A stretch of 64,000 nt of DNA from the IMG/VR virus record IMGVR_UViG_3300050821_003228, positions 33,818-97,817 of that record. The stretch is one strand, 5' to 3'. Made by a program: the position numbers and the translations under genes. The stretch is from a virus. A model generated the notes under the pieces. It had not been told where the DNA came from and made no database searches. It saw only the letters and a program-made list of their open reading frames with translations. Shown in pieces: positions 46,727-56,335 of this stretch (position 1 is its first letter; each line of letters opens with the position of its first letter).

Positions 46727-46903
46727 AAATAGGACGGTCCCTTACCGTTGTAACCTTCTTGAACTGTGCTATAAGTTGTAGGCATAACTTTCTCAATCAC
46801 TGCCCGAACTTCCTCATTTTCCCAAGCAATCGGCCAATTATGGCCCTGTGCCTTCTGGATTAAAGTTCTAAGAATTCTTAATTCATGATCATCAAATTGA
46901 ACA

Positions 46904-47638
46904 TTAAACGACATATTCACCTTCTAACGTTTCAGACTTTAATTCGCCAGCTAAGAATTGATTGGCCGGATTCAAAAGATACTCAACACTAATCATTTCT
47001 AACGCTTTACCGTCACTATAATCCTGTGCCATACCTTCTGAGTCTTTAGATGCAGTTCCGAGATTCTTTTTACAAAGCTGGAAGGCAGGTGTAACGGTCT
47101 GTTCAAATGCTTGTTTGTTAAGGCAAATATTAACCCAAACAGTGTCGTTATCACCGACAAATCCTTTAAGCGTTCGCACATAACTCTTCAATTCACCAAT
47201 AGTCATATCGGGCGCTTTTGTTACTAATCCGCGCACGATGTCACTCATCAACTCAGTACTTCCATCCTCTTTCTCGTATGTGATCGCCCGACCTTCATTA
47301 TCTGTTACATCAAGGCTAGAAATCTCCCTCAGCTTCCCGATACCAACAGGTTCATAGACCTCTCTCGGTATTTCTACTTCACCCATTACGTCTACCATAC
47401 GAACTAGATAATGGGCCTTACTCGTTTTCAATTCTAGCCCTTCGATATACTCAGCAAAACTGCCGAAGCCATAATTCTTATAAAATCCATTCCTTTTCAC
47501 TTGGTACAAAAGTTCTGCCAAATCAAACGTTGACCTATTTATCGAGTAAATCAACTTCTCAAGTTTCTTACGTGTCTCTTCAGCTTCCCCTGCAACCGTT
47601 TCCCCTACTATCGCATAGGGAACCATCATTTCATTCAT
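46904..47638 (-). CDS. Hypothetical protein (possible DNA-binding protein)
   Basis: L..VK..G.Y...GF.SF.EY helical motif. Confidence 0.5.
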   Translation of the reverse strand: MNEMMVPYAIVGETVAGEAEETRKKLEKLIYSINRSTFDLAELLYQVKRNGFYKNYGFGSFAEYIEGLELKTSKAHYLVRMVDVMGEVEIPREVYEPVGIGKLREISSLDVTDNEGRAITYEKEDGSTELMSDIVRGLVTKAPDMTIGELKSYVRTLKGFVGDNDTVWVNICLNKQAFEQTVTPAFQLCKKNLGTASKDSEGMAQDYSDGKALEMISVEYLLNPANQFLAGELKSETLEGEYVV

Positions 47639-47911
47639 AATTTTCCTAATTTTACATCAGACAGATTGTAAGGTAAGCGGGCGGTTTCCATATATACCCA
47701 ATGTGTAGTATATGGAATGTCTAAAATATCTAACATATCATCGGCTTCATAAGAGTGATTTTCTCTTACTAATTTGCCGTTAATATAGATACCAACCCAA
47801 TCGCCCGAATTGTCATTAACAAATACAATATCTTGTTTTTTCATTTAAACCTTTTTAAAGGGGCGGCACAAACTTATACCATGTACCGCCTCCACCAACT
47901 AGTCAACTAGA

Positions 47912-48751
47912 CTAGATTTCAATGTATTCCTGCTCTCCCGGCTCACTCAACTCTGAGACGACTTCAATTTCAGCTACTCCCGCTGCTTCAGCCTTCGCCT
48001 GTTGTTTCTGAGTAGCTAACTTACTGTTAGTATACTGGATGAAAACCGGCCCGAATGTCGCCTTTTCTTCCTCGGCTAATCGACGGAATTCAGTCATTTT
48101 AAGGACAAAATTCTTTTGATTTCCGGGCACAACCGTGATCTTAAAGCGAACATCGAAAATATTAGGATTACCGCCCGATGCCTTAATCGTTAACAATTGG
48201 CGCATGATATTCTTCATGCCCTTCTCAAATTCAGCCTGAGACGCGCCACGGATGTACATCTGAAGTGGAAGCTTCGTTGCTGTGTCAATAAAGACTGCAT
48301 AATACGTAGTTTCACACTTCGGAATTAGATTACGCTTCTGGAGATTGGGCAACTGTGACTCGCGCCACGGCCCCCAAGCATCATTATTATCGGTATTATG
48401 ACGACAATTCGCGCAGAGGATTGATTGAGGATCAACGGCCCGATCATCCGGGCGAATATTATCACGGCTGAAGCACATCAATGTGTCTGGACTCTTATTC
48501 TCTCCAACGTGATAGTTCTTAATTTCCTTAGGCATCGCCAGAAGCGCAACTGTCAACTCAGTGAATACTTCGCCCGTTTCTTTCACATAAAGTGATCCCG
48601 GCTTGACATTCTCTTTCAGAAAGGCATCGGACATATTCTGTACGATACTCAGCGTAGCAGGAGATAATTCAGCAAACTTACCTGAATAATCAATCCCCTG
48701 ACCGCCCTCTTGTAATTGGTTCTGTCCCACGATAGCTAAAGCTGTACTCAT
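47912..48751 (-). CDS. Putative ssDNA-binding/recombination protein
   Basis: C.S.D...P....C.NC..N motif, acidic C-terminal tail, replication module context. Confidence 0.5.
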   Translation of the reverse strand: MSTALAIVGQNQLQEGGQGIDYSGKFAELSPATLSIVQNMSDAFLKENVKPGSLYVKETGEVFTELTVALLAMPKEIKNYHVGENKSPDTLMCFSRDNIRPDDRAVDPQSILCANCRHNTDNNDAWGPWRESQLPNLQKRNLIPKCETTYYAVFIDTATKLPLQMYIRGASQAEFEKGMKNIMRQLLTIKASGGNPNIFDVRFKITVVPGNQKNFVLKMTEFRRLAEEEKATFGPVFIQYTNSKLATQKQQAKAEAAGVAEIEVVSELSEPGEQEYIEI

Positions 48752-49291
48752 TTATTCTCCTGTCTCAATAAAATGTTCAATTCGAGCAACTGTTACTTTC
48801 GCATAAGCCTTAGTTCCCGGCTTAATCGCTTCGAGTCGTTTTGCAAATTCATCCGGCCAACCAATATATTCCCCGGTTTCATCATTATATTCGGCTTCCC
48901 AATATTTCAAAAAGAAAAGTTTTGCCGCTTCAAGATAAGACAAACCTAACGCTTCAGCAGCCTGTTTAGGCGTATTCCGCGAAAATTCATAAACTTCAAT
49001 ATCAGAATCAAAATTTTTAATAATCTGTTTTGGTTTAATTATTCCAGAAAGAATGCAAAGATTTCCAGCAATACAGCCTACAGCGCCACAGGGCGGCTTT
49101 TGTTCAACCACAGTAGCTTCATAATAACTGCTGTTTTCTAATTCTCGTAGTTGTTCTTTATCTTTAAATATCTTTGGATCAACGATTTCTCCCCAAAGTG
49201 TGAGATTAAATCGTTTTGGTTCTTCAAGAATGTAAGCTTCAAGTTTACGCAGTAGATCAACCGTTTTCTTACTCAGTTTCGTTTTTGTCAT
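48752..49291 (-). CDS. Hypothetical protein
   Basis: CG.VGCIAG and A...LGL...EA..LF phage family pattern. Confidence 0.55.
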   Translation of the reverse strand: MTKTKLSKKTVDLLRKLEAYILEEPKRFNLTLWGEIVDPKIFKDKEQLRELENSSYYEATVVEQKPPCGAVGCIAGNLCILSGIIKPKQIIKNFDSDIEVYEFSRNTPKQAAEALGLSYLEAAKLFFLKYWEAEYNDETGEYIGWPDEFAKRLEAIKPGTKAYAKVTVARIEHFIETGE

Positions 49292-50009
49292 GTGAATCTC
49301 CTCTATTTAATTTAATCAATTTCTTGATATACGCCCGATGCCGTTCCTCAGCCTGTTCATAGTTAATGATACAAATTGAGACATCAGCAATACGATCAAT
49401 CTCAATTACATCGTCCCGATGGACACTTGGAAATGTTAAATCTAACATTATCCCCTACTTACGCCCTTAATTCGGCCTGTTCCTTCACAGTGAGGACAAT
49501 AACTCTTTTGTTCAGTTAAAGCTTCTAATTGATCGTCAAGATCATAAAAATGATTCCAAGCCATAGACAATTTTAAATCAAGCTTATCGGCAATTTTATT
49601 GGCTTTATCATACGCCTTTTGAAGCGCATTGACATTAATTTTCTGCTCTTTAAGCAATTTCTTTAACTCTTCTTTAGTTTTAGCCATTATCTTTGAACCT
49701 CAGCAAGATCGGCCACAAATGTAAACGGTTTTACCTTCTCACCACTATCAAATTTTTGAACAAAGATATCGTTTTTAGCTGGCCCGTAATACGTAGTAGT
49801 AAACCCGCCCAATGTACCTGTTACATCACTGCCGCCGACATCTAAATCCTTAAAACCCAAATCACGCATAGCATAAGCAATCGGGCAATATTCTGGATTA
49901 TGCGGCTTACCTTTATCAATATGTTTCTGTGTCACTGATACTTTCAACTTTGTAGGAATACATTCAAGCTTCTTTGACATTTATTTTCTCCTCATTAGAT
50001 TATGACTGA

Positions 50010-50429
50010 TTATACCAAACCCACCGGATGATTGTCAAGATATAACTTCAAGCAATATTCACAGGGATTGCCATTATTACATCTTGGCCGATTTTTGCCT
50101 TTATAACGCGCCCAATTCTTACACTTCACTTTCAATTCAGCTTCCTTTGCCATCTTCACACGATCTTTTATCGCCCGTTTTATGAAATCTTTCTTAACTT
50201 TCATTCGGGCTTCAACAACTTCGATTGCCCGAGTCAAGTCTAAACAGGCTAAAAATGCATCCAAATCTTCTTCAAATGTTTCCGGCCCTAATCGCCAAGG
50301 TTCAAATTTACCGCTAGTTTTATCAAGACGTAAAACCCACCGATCAATTTTATTATTTTTTTGTAGTGCAAAGGCTTCTTTTATCTCCAAGAACTCCTCC
50401 GCAAAATACACCCAATCGTTGAATGACAA
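50010..50429 (-). CDS. C-terminal part of the split PD-(D/E)XK exonuclease
   Basis: IDRWVLRLDK..G.FE.......D..AFL.CL.L reads as the expected continuation of the 50847-51548 protein; start uncertain. Confidence 0.6.
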   Translation of the reverse strand: MSFNDWVYFAEEFLEIKEAFALQKNNKIDRWVLRLDKTSGKFEPWRLGPETFEEDLDAFLACLDLTRAIEVVEARMKVKKDFIKRAIKDRVKMAKEAELKVKCKNWARYKGKNRPRCNNGNPCEYCLKLYLDNHPVGLV

Positions 50430-50860
50430 ACATTATATTTTTTTGCTAAGGCTCTGTGAGTAATTTTATGTTCAATGTATTCATTGCGTATTAAATCAAC
50501 CTGTTGTTGAGTTAATTTTGCTTTAGCTGCAAATTCTCCCTTTGGATTAATTAGTAATCCACGCCTTACAGCGTCTTGCATGTTTTGTTTATGTGTTCCT
50601 TGTTTAAGATGCGAAAATCTAATACACGGAGGATTATCGCATTCGTGTAAAACATCTTGAACCGGCCATTCTTTTGTTTCTAAATATATTGCAACATGGC
50701 TGGCTCTAACTACTTTATTTCCATCCCATATAAGACCATAACCTAACGGATGATGGCCCCCAATCCAAAGCCAACAAGGACCAAGATCAGTGTATATAGT
50801 GGGGCCGTTTTTATCTACTTTTTGCCAAAAACGGGCCTCTAATGTTTTAAGATATGCCAT
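50381..50860 (-). CDS. HNH homing endonuclease inserted in the exonuclease gene
   Basis: RFW.KVDK, CW.W.G, GYG, H.CDNPPC...HL..GT...NM.D, C-terminal HTH. Confidence 0.9.
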   Translation of the reverse strand: MAYLKTLEARFWQKVDKNGPTIYTDLGPCWLWIGGHHPLGYGLIWDGNKVVRASHVAIYLETKEWPVQDVLHECDNPPCIRFSHLKQGTHKQNMQDAVRRGLLINPKGEFAAKAKLTQQQVDLIRNEYIEHKITHRALAKKYNVCHSTIGCILRRSSWR

Positions 50861-51548
50861 ATTCCTCAATTAATGCCAATAGATAGGCCGCCGTTTGATA
50901 GCAATAGTCAGGATATAATGCGTTTGAAGTTTTCCAATCAACCACACTTAACCGTCCTTTAAATTCTTCAGAACAACACAAAGGATCATTACAAGAATCA
51001 ATTAGAGCTAAACCGTCAGTAGTTCCGGCGAATTTATGCTCTTTAGAATATACTTTTTGTTCTGTACAAACCCATTTAACATTGTGCTTTTTTTCCCAAT
51101 CGAGAGCAGCATTAATACAACTAATGGCCCGTTCATCTTCTGGTAAAGGATTATCTAAAATACAAAACTGATTTAATTGATTTTCAATATGCTTTTCCAA
51201 CCAACTATGCGCTAAATGGCCAATATTACCGGCTTCTTCAAGTTTTTCAGTGTGGGCCGACTTAGCCTCTAGAACTAATTTTTCAAACTCGGCCCTTGTA
51301 CTTGGTAAATCTACCGAAGCCAATAACTTTTGACTCATCATTTTACAGCCCCACGCTATTAAAGCATTTGACTTATCAATAATATGAACAATCTGGGTAA
51401 CTGATGGGATATTAACTAATTGATCACCATCTACGAGAAGATACTGGTGCTCGTCCTTATCGAATCTTAACTCGATTGTATCATTATAAAAGCGATAAGA
51501 CTCTGAAATTCCACCCCATCGAGCGGCTGCTGCATCTAAATCTAACAA
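50847..51548 (-). CDS. PD-(D/E)XK exonuclease (RecB/Cas4-like), N-terminal part
   Basis: PSVT.I, G...H, E..V, AGT.D, DWKTS, Q.AAY. Confidence 0.85.
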   Translation of the reverse strand: MLDLDAAAARWGGISESYRFYNDTIELRFDKDEHQYLLVDGDQLVNIPSVTQIVHIIDKSNALIAWGCKMMSQKLLASVDLPSTRAEFEKLVLEAKSAHTEKLEEAGNIGHLAHSWLEKHIENQLNQFCILDNPLPEDERAISCINAALDWEKKHNVKWVCTEQKVYSKEHKFAGTTDGLALIDSCNDPLCCSEEFKGRLSVVDWKTSNALYPDYCYQTAAYLLALIEEYGIS

Positions 51549-52410
51549 CTAATCCTTTCTAACAATTACGCTGATACAAATCATAGCCGTCTTGTTTGAA
51601 TAAGTGCCGTAAACGGCGGTACATAAACGAAACTGTGTCTTTTAGTTTCTCCTGATCGCCCGATTTACATAATTCCATGTAATACCAACGAGTACGTTCC
51701 ATATCGTGTTCATTCGCGCCCGTTGTAGCTCTTGCCCACGCTAAAAGAAGTCCTTGATCCGGCTCAATCTTCAAGATAGCATCCTGTCATGCCGTATTTA
51801 TTCAAAACAACTGCCCGAGCACCAAAGACGTTCGTCACAAAAGCGCCACCTAACCAATAAAAGAAATGCCCGTCGTTATAAGGGTTATAATAAATCGGCA
51901 TTGCTAATCGACCAAAACGATCAGTACCAAATGCGCTGCCTGTATCAGTTTCATCGCTTGATTTCGGCCCATTTATCTTCACTTTAATGTTTACATATCC
52001 AACCAAAACCGTATATTATCGTAAAAACCCAAATGATAGACAATAACCAAAAAGTTTTTTTATAACCGCGTTCAAAGGCCAATAATGTTCCGACAACTGA
52101 GGCAATAAATGCACCAGCAATTAATAATACTGTTCCTACTAATATAAATCCGCACCATAAAGTTGATAAAAATTCAATCATTTTTTCTCCTCAATTCTTT
52201 CTATGTCTTTCATTGGTATTTCAACCGTGTGTGGCTTCTTTCCCTTATAGCCCGCTATTGGCTGTACTGTCCCCGTTTTATCGGTCGCCCGAGTTAGGTA
52301 TCCAATTCTCCACCCCTCGTTGTAGTACCTAACTAACGTGTTATCAACAACTCGGACAATATCAAATACTCGGGCCTTCGCTCTACGATTCTTCTTTTCA
52401 GCCATGTATT

Positions 52411-52439
52411 ATTATATCAAATACAGTAAGAGAAGTCAA
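52411..52439 (-). promoter_or_regulatory. Sigma70-type promoter
   Basis: TTGACT-17 nt-TATAAT on the minus strand. Confidence 0.7.
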
Positions 52440-52949
52440 TTATAATCCAACCGCCTTAGCGAATGCTTTACTAGCCTGATCGTCGTTTACCTTCAAATAT
52501 TGCCCTGTCGATGAGAGTGACTTATGCCCGAGATAGGCTTGTACTTCGTTTAATTTCATTCCGCCCTCTAATGCAAGCATGGCTGTTGTATGTTTTAATT
52601 TATGAGGGGAACACTTATGATAAGGAATACCGGCTAATTTTCCATACCGATGCATCAACTTCTGGAACCAGCGAGTAGAAAAAGGGAAAAGTCGGCCTGT
52701 TAACCCGACCGAAGCCGCTAACTTTTCAACTGCTTCCCTTTCTACTAATAACGGTTGTACTGTCTTCAGACTACCCTTCAATCGCTCGACAGTCAAATAG
52801 CCGTCTTTCACTTGACTTCCACGCATCTGAGTAACTTCACTCGCTCGAAGTCCGTGGCTATAAGCGATTAGGATAGCGAGATAATGTACTTTGTTAACTT
52901 TCGCGGCCTCTAATAGCCGTATTAACTCGTTCTTATCAAGACTTTTCAT
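52440..52949 (-). CDS. Tyrosine recombinase, catalytic domain only
   Basis: HGLRASE (R), RLKG (K), PHKLKH, LGH...ST..Y. Confidence 0.85.
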   Translation of the reverse strand: MKSLDKNELIRLLEAAKVNKVHYLAILIAYSHGLRASEVTQMRGSQVKDGYLTVERLKGSLKTVQPLLVEREAVEKLAASVGLTGRLFPFSTRWFQKLMHRYGKLAGIPYHKCSPHKLKHTTAMLALEGGMKLNEVQAYLGHKSLSSTGQYLKVNDDQASKAFAKAVGL

Positions 52950-53677
52950 ATTTCATAAACCTGTACAACATCTTCGACTTTATTGGCCTTTAAACTATTG
53001 ACCTGATCAATCCAGTCAGCAGTAAATTGATACTTGAACTTCTTGATAATCTTTTCCTTCGCCTCACTCTCATTCCGGGCGAACGTTGTGTAATGATAAA
53101 CTTGTCGATCTAACCGAAGAATTAAATGATACATAGACAACTCTTTTTCATTCACTACGGGCGGGACTTCAATCAATTTAGGTACTTCCAACTTAAAAGG
53201 GTTAGTTACCGGCCATGAAACTGTCAATTCTGGGTTAATTTTCTTTCCATTATCCTCAACTAACTTATACGCCCCGGCCTTTATAAAATAATCATCATGT
53301 TTAAAACATGAAGCAAAATAAACAGTTTCATCCTTGGGATAAACTTTATGATATTCAAACACCTTGCCCGATAATTCGCCCGGTTTTCCACATTGCGGGC
53401 AATAACCATCATAACTAAGTTTATAATAACTACTTGTATGCTTAGCCTGAAACACGCCGTATTTCATTGCCTCTTCGGGCGACACCTTCGTCCAAGATGA
53501 ATAGAAATGCTCATGGGCCGTACACGGCATAAATGGAGCGTCCGGCACGATATTACTTACTAAATAAAGATTATTTGACGGCACGCCCGAATGTTTACCT
53601 TGAAAGTGACCTTCAGCACAAGGACAAGGATCATAGTGTAAATATATCGGCCCGGATTTAACGATATAACCTTCCAT
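52946..53677 (-). CDS. Hypothetical Cys/His-rich protein
   Basis: 243-aa ORF coupled to the recombinase gene. Confidence 0.5.
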   Translation of the reverse strand: MEGYIVKSGPIYLHYDPCPCAEGHFQGKHSGVPSNNLYLVSNIVPDAPFMPCTAHEHFYSSWTKVSPEEAMKYGVFQAKHTSSYYKLSYDGYCPQCGKPGELSGKVFEYHKVYPKDETVYFASCFKHDDYFIKAGAYKLVEDNGKKINPELTVSWPVTNPFKLEVPKLIEVPPVVNEKELSMYHLILRLDRQVYHYTTFARNESEAKEKIIKKFKYQFTADWIDQVNSLKANKVEDVVQVYEI

Positions 53678-54412
53678 ACAGTATTCAGTCTAATTCAAAA
53701 GAAAAAAATTGATCTGTTAAAACAGTCGTATATTCATTTTGACATCCAACCCAATAGCATTTTGTATTAGAATTTAACATCAGTATCTCCAAAAATTTGA
53801 ACCCCGTCTTTCGTCTCTAGATATGAAAGATCATAAGTTGGAATATCTACTCGAACACGGACAGGCAATAACGCCCGTTTCATCATAAACTTTCCATCCC
53901 TGACATACTCTCTCGCCGTTTTCTTCTTCAGATTGACTAGGTAAGCATCCTTTGGCCCGGTCCAAGCGAGACAAACTCCGTGTGGTAGTTGTCCATTCAT
54001 AAAAGCGGCCCGGACTGTTACCCGTCTCGGCTCAGGACGATCTTGATTGATAATCGTCTGACAAAGCTTACGCCTCTTTTGATTAACTTCTTGTTTCATA
54101 GTCCTAATCGGGCCAATTCTTTCCTTGCTTCTATAATTTCTTTATCTGTGGCTGTAATTGGATATAATCTATGGCCTAACTCACCACTATCGGGCATTTC
54201 AAGATCATTAATTATTCCTATAGATGGGAACTTATTAAGCAATTTTACAATTGCTGAACGTTCTCGCCGTTTTTTATTCATTCTATTAGTTTCATTCATA
54301 AATTTGCCCTTCGGTTAGGACGATTACACCATTAGTCATGACTATGCAGGATTCTACTGCCCCTGAAGGTCTTTTGAGCTAAACGCTCTAGAATCGGGCC
54401 GATATACAGCCC

Positions 54413-54482
54413 TCATCCACAACATTTATCTATAATATAATAATATAATTGCTTTCTAATCAAGGCCGTTCTATGTGGATAA
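54413..54482. other. Candidate replication origin: inverted DnaA boxes flanking an AT-rich tract
   Basis: TCATCCACA (54413-54421) and TGTGGATAA (54474-54482) around TATAATATAATAATATAATT in a non-coding gap. Confidence 0.4.
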
Positions 54483-54541
54483 TTGTTAACGTGGCACCCA
54501 CTGACCACAAATCCTTAACTAGTTTTCGAGTGTGCTCTTGG

Positions 54542-54874
54542 TTAATTGTTAACTATTCCATACGTCTTAACATCGCCGTTCAGATAATAAACCTTAACTG
54601 CTGGTATATCCTTATCGGCCCAAGATGATGTATATTTTTCAGCCGGTTTACCATAAACTTCAGGCTTTTCAGTGCCATCTTCCCAAGTAGGATACCACCG
54701 GTCACCACAACATTCGCAATCATGGCCTTTGTCAACGCCGTCGAAATAGACATCAAAATCATGCGCCCTTTCGTTAGCATGTTCTGTACTATTAGCTTCA
54801 ACGATCACGTTTAACGCAGGACCACCAAATACCCCGCCTGAGTTATTTTGGTGAAATGTATAAAACTTTGTCAT
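54542..54874 (-). CDS. Conserved phage hypothetical protein
   Basis: FY.F.QNNSGG.F, VEA....AN, DC.CCGDRW pattern. Confidence 0.65.
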   Translation of the reverse strand: MTKFYTFHQNNSGGVFGGPALNVIVEANSTEHANERAHDFDVYFDGVDKGHDCECCGDRWYPTWEDGTEKPEVYGKPAEKYTSSWADKDIPAVKVYYLNGDVKTYGIVNN

Positions 54875-55081
54875 ACTTCCTCTTTTCTTAGTCTTCATAA
54901 GATAAGACATCTAGCATCATATCTATTTCATCACGCAGTACTTCCAAATTTTCTTTTGTCTTCCCGCGTGGTACAGTCGTATCGCTAAACATCTTCGTAA
55001 TCCCGTCTAGCGCATCTTCGTACAGTTCATCATTCGTGTCCATACTCTCCCCTTTATATCAAATTTGTTAAGACTTGTCAA

Positions 55082-56173
55082 TTACTCTTTTCCAGCTACA
55101 GCGGCTTCAGCTAACGGTACTTTAGCCATCTGTTCAATATAAAACTCTTGCATCGTTGTTTCAATTGCTTCATCACAATAATTCTTACGAACCCATTCAA
55201 TCGCCTGTTTCGGCGTATAATTCAATACCATAGTCATCATTACAGCTAATGCTGTACCTGTCCGACCATGACCGCCTGTACAAAAGACTAACATGCGAAG
55301 CTTATTATCTTCAAGATATTTCAGTAGTTTGGCCCAAAATTCTCTTGGCATCCTAATAACACTATAATCCGGCCAATCTAATTGAATTTCTTTGAACTGA
55401 CAATTCATTTCCTCGAACTCTTCTAATTCAGGGATAGGTATGATATGCGGCTCTTTAATACTAGTGAATGTCAGATTTAAGACAACATCATAATCATTTG
55501 CATAGCTTTGGCAGTCAATCTTTTTCCCGGCCCATACTCCCCACCCCTCGCCCGCGATAATATGTTGTGGCCGATGCGTACAGGAATTATTAGTCCCGTA
55601 ACTTCCTGTATATGTATTCGTCCCGCCCTTCGGTTCATACGCCTTCAACTGTCTGCGGATAGCTCCAAGCTTACAGGTAGAAAAATGACATCCATTCCGG
55701 CCATCACATTCCTTACAAGTGCCTTTAAAGTCGTCATTACCGCCAACGATACGGTCGGCCATTTGACTCACTGTTGCAGGATCATCTGAGACTAAATCGT
55801 TCAAACTCTCACGATTCATTTCTTTCAACTCTTCAGACAAAGCCTCAGCGTCACTTATCAAGACTCCATCCATATCAGCGACATCAAATTCTTGATCACA
55901 CTGGCAGCAATAACATGTCTTTTCATCGTCATAGATATAAACGAAGTTATCACTCGTACAGTGTGGGCATATGACAGTGACTTCCCGCCATTCTCCCGGT
56001 AACTGTGTCGTATCTTTGATATGTTCTTTATTCGTCTCTGTCAATTCGTCTCCCCACGCCTGTTTATCCCAACGATTTTGTAAATCTTCTCTCGTATTGA
56101 CGCCCGGCAAGTGTTCCCAATGGTCCTTAGAAGGGATTCTTAAATTCTTATTAATTTGATCGGCCAGTGTCAA
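55082..56173 (-). CDS. Cys-based (PTP/dual-specificity) phosphatase with N-terminal Zn ribbon
   Basis: WPD loop, VFC.GGHGRTGT (CX5R), AI..VR......ET..Q. Confidence 0.85.
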   Translation of the reverse strand: MTLADQINKNLRIPSKDHWEHLPGVNTREDLQNRWDKQAWGDELTETNKEHIKDTTQLPGEWREVTVICPHCTSDNFVYIYDDEKTCYCCQCDQEFDVADMDGVLISDAEALSEELKEMNRESLNDLVSDDPATVSQMADRIVGGNDDFKGTCKECDGRNGCHFSTCKLGAIRRQLKAYEPKGGTNTYTGSYGTNNSCTHRPQHIIAGEGWGVWAGKKIDCQSYANDYDVVLNLTFTSIKEPHIIPIPELEEFEEMNCQFKEIQLDWPDYSVIRMPREFWAKLLKYLEDNKLRMLVFCTGGHGRTGTALAVMMTMVLNYTPKQAIEWVRKNYCDEAIETTMQEFYIEQMAKVPLAEAAVAGKE

Positions 56174-56335
56174 AACTTAATCTCCTGATCGACTAGACCG
56201 AATGCCTTCGGCTTTGTCAAAATATTCTCTGGCAATTTGAATGCATAGTAACCCTTATCAGTCCAAGAACTCATTGTGTTCATTCGTAGATACCAATGTT
56301 TACCAAAAATACCTTGGACTAGCGGAATTGAAGAT

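Noticed and set aside
50381-50860. Group I intron or intein in the exonuclease gene
   Set aside because: There is almost no non-coding flank to hold a ribozyme core, and the HNH is out of frame with its own start and stop.
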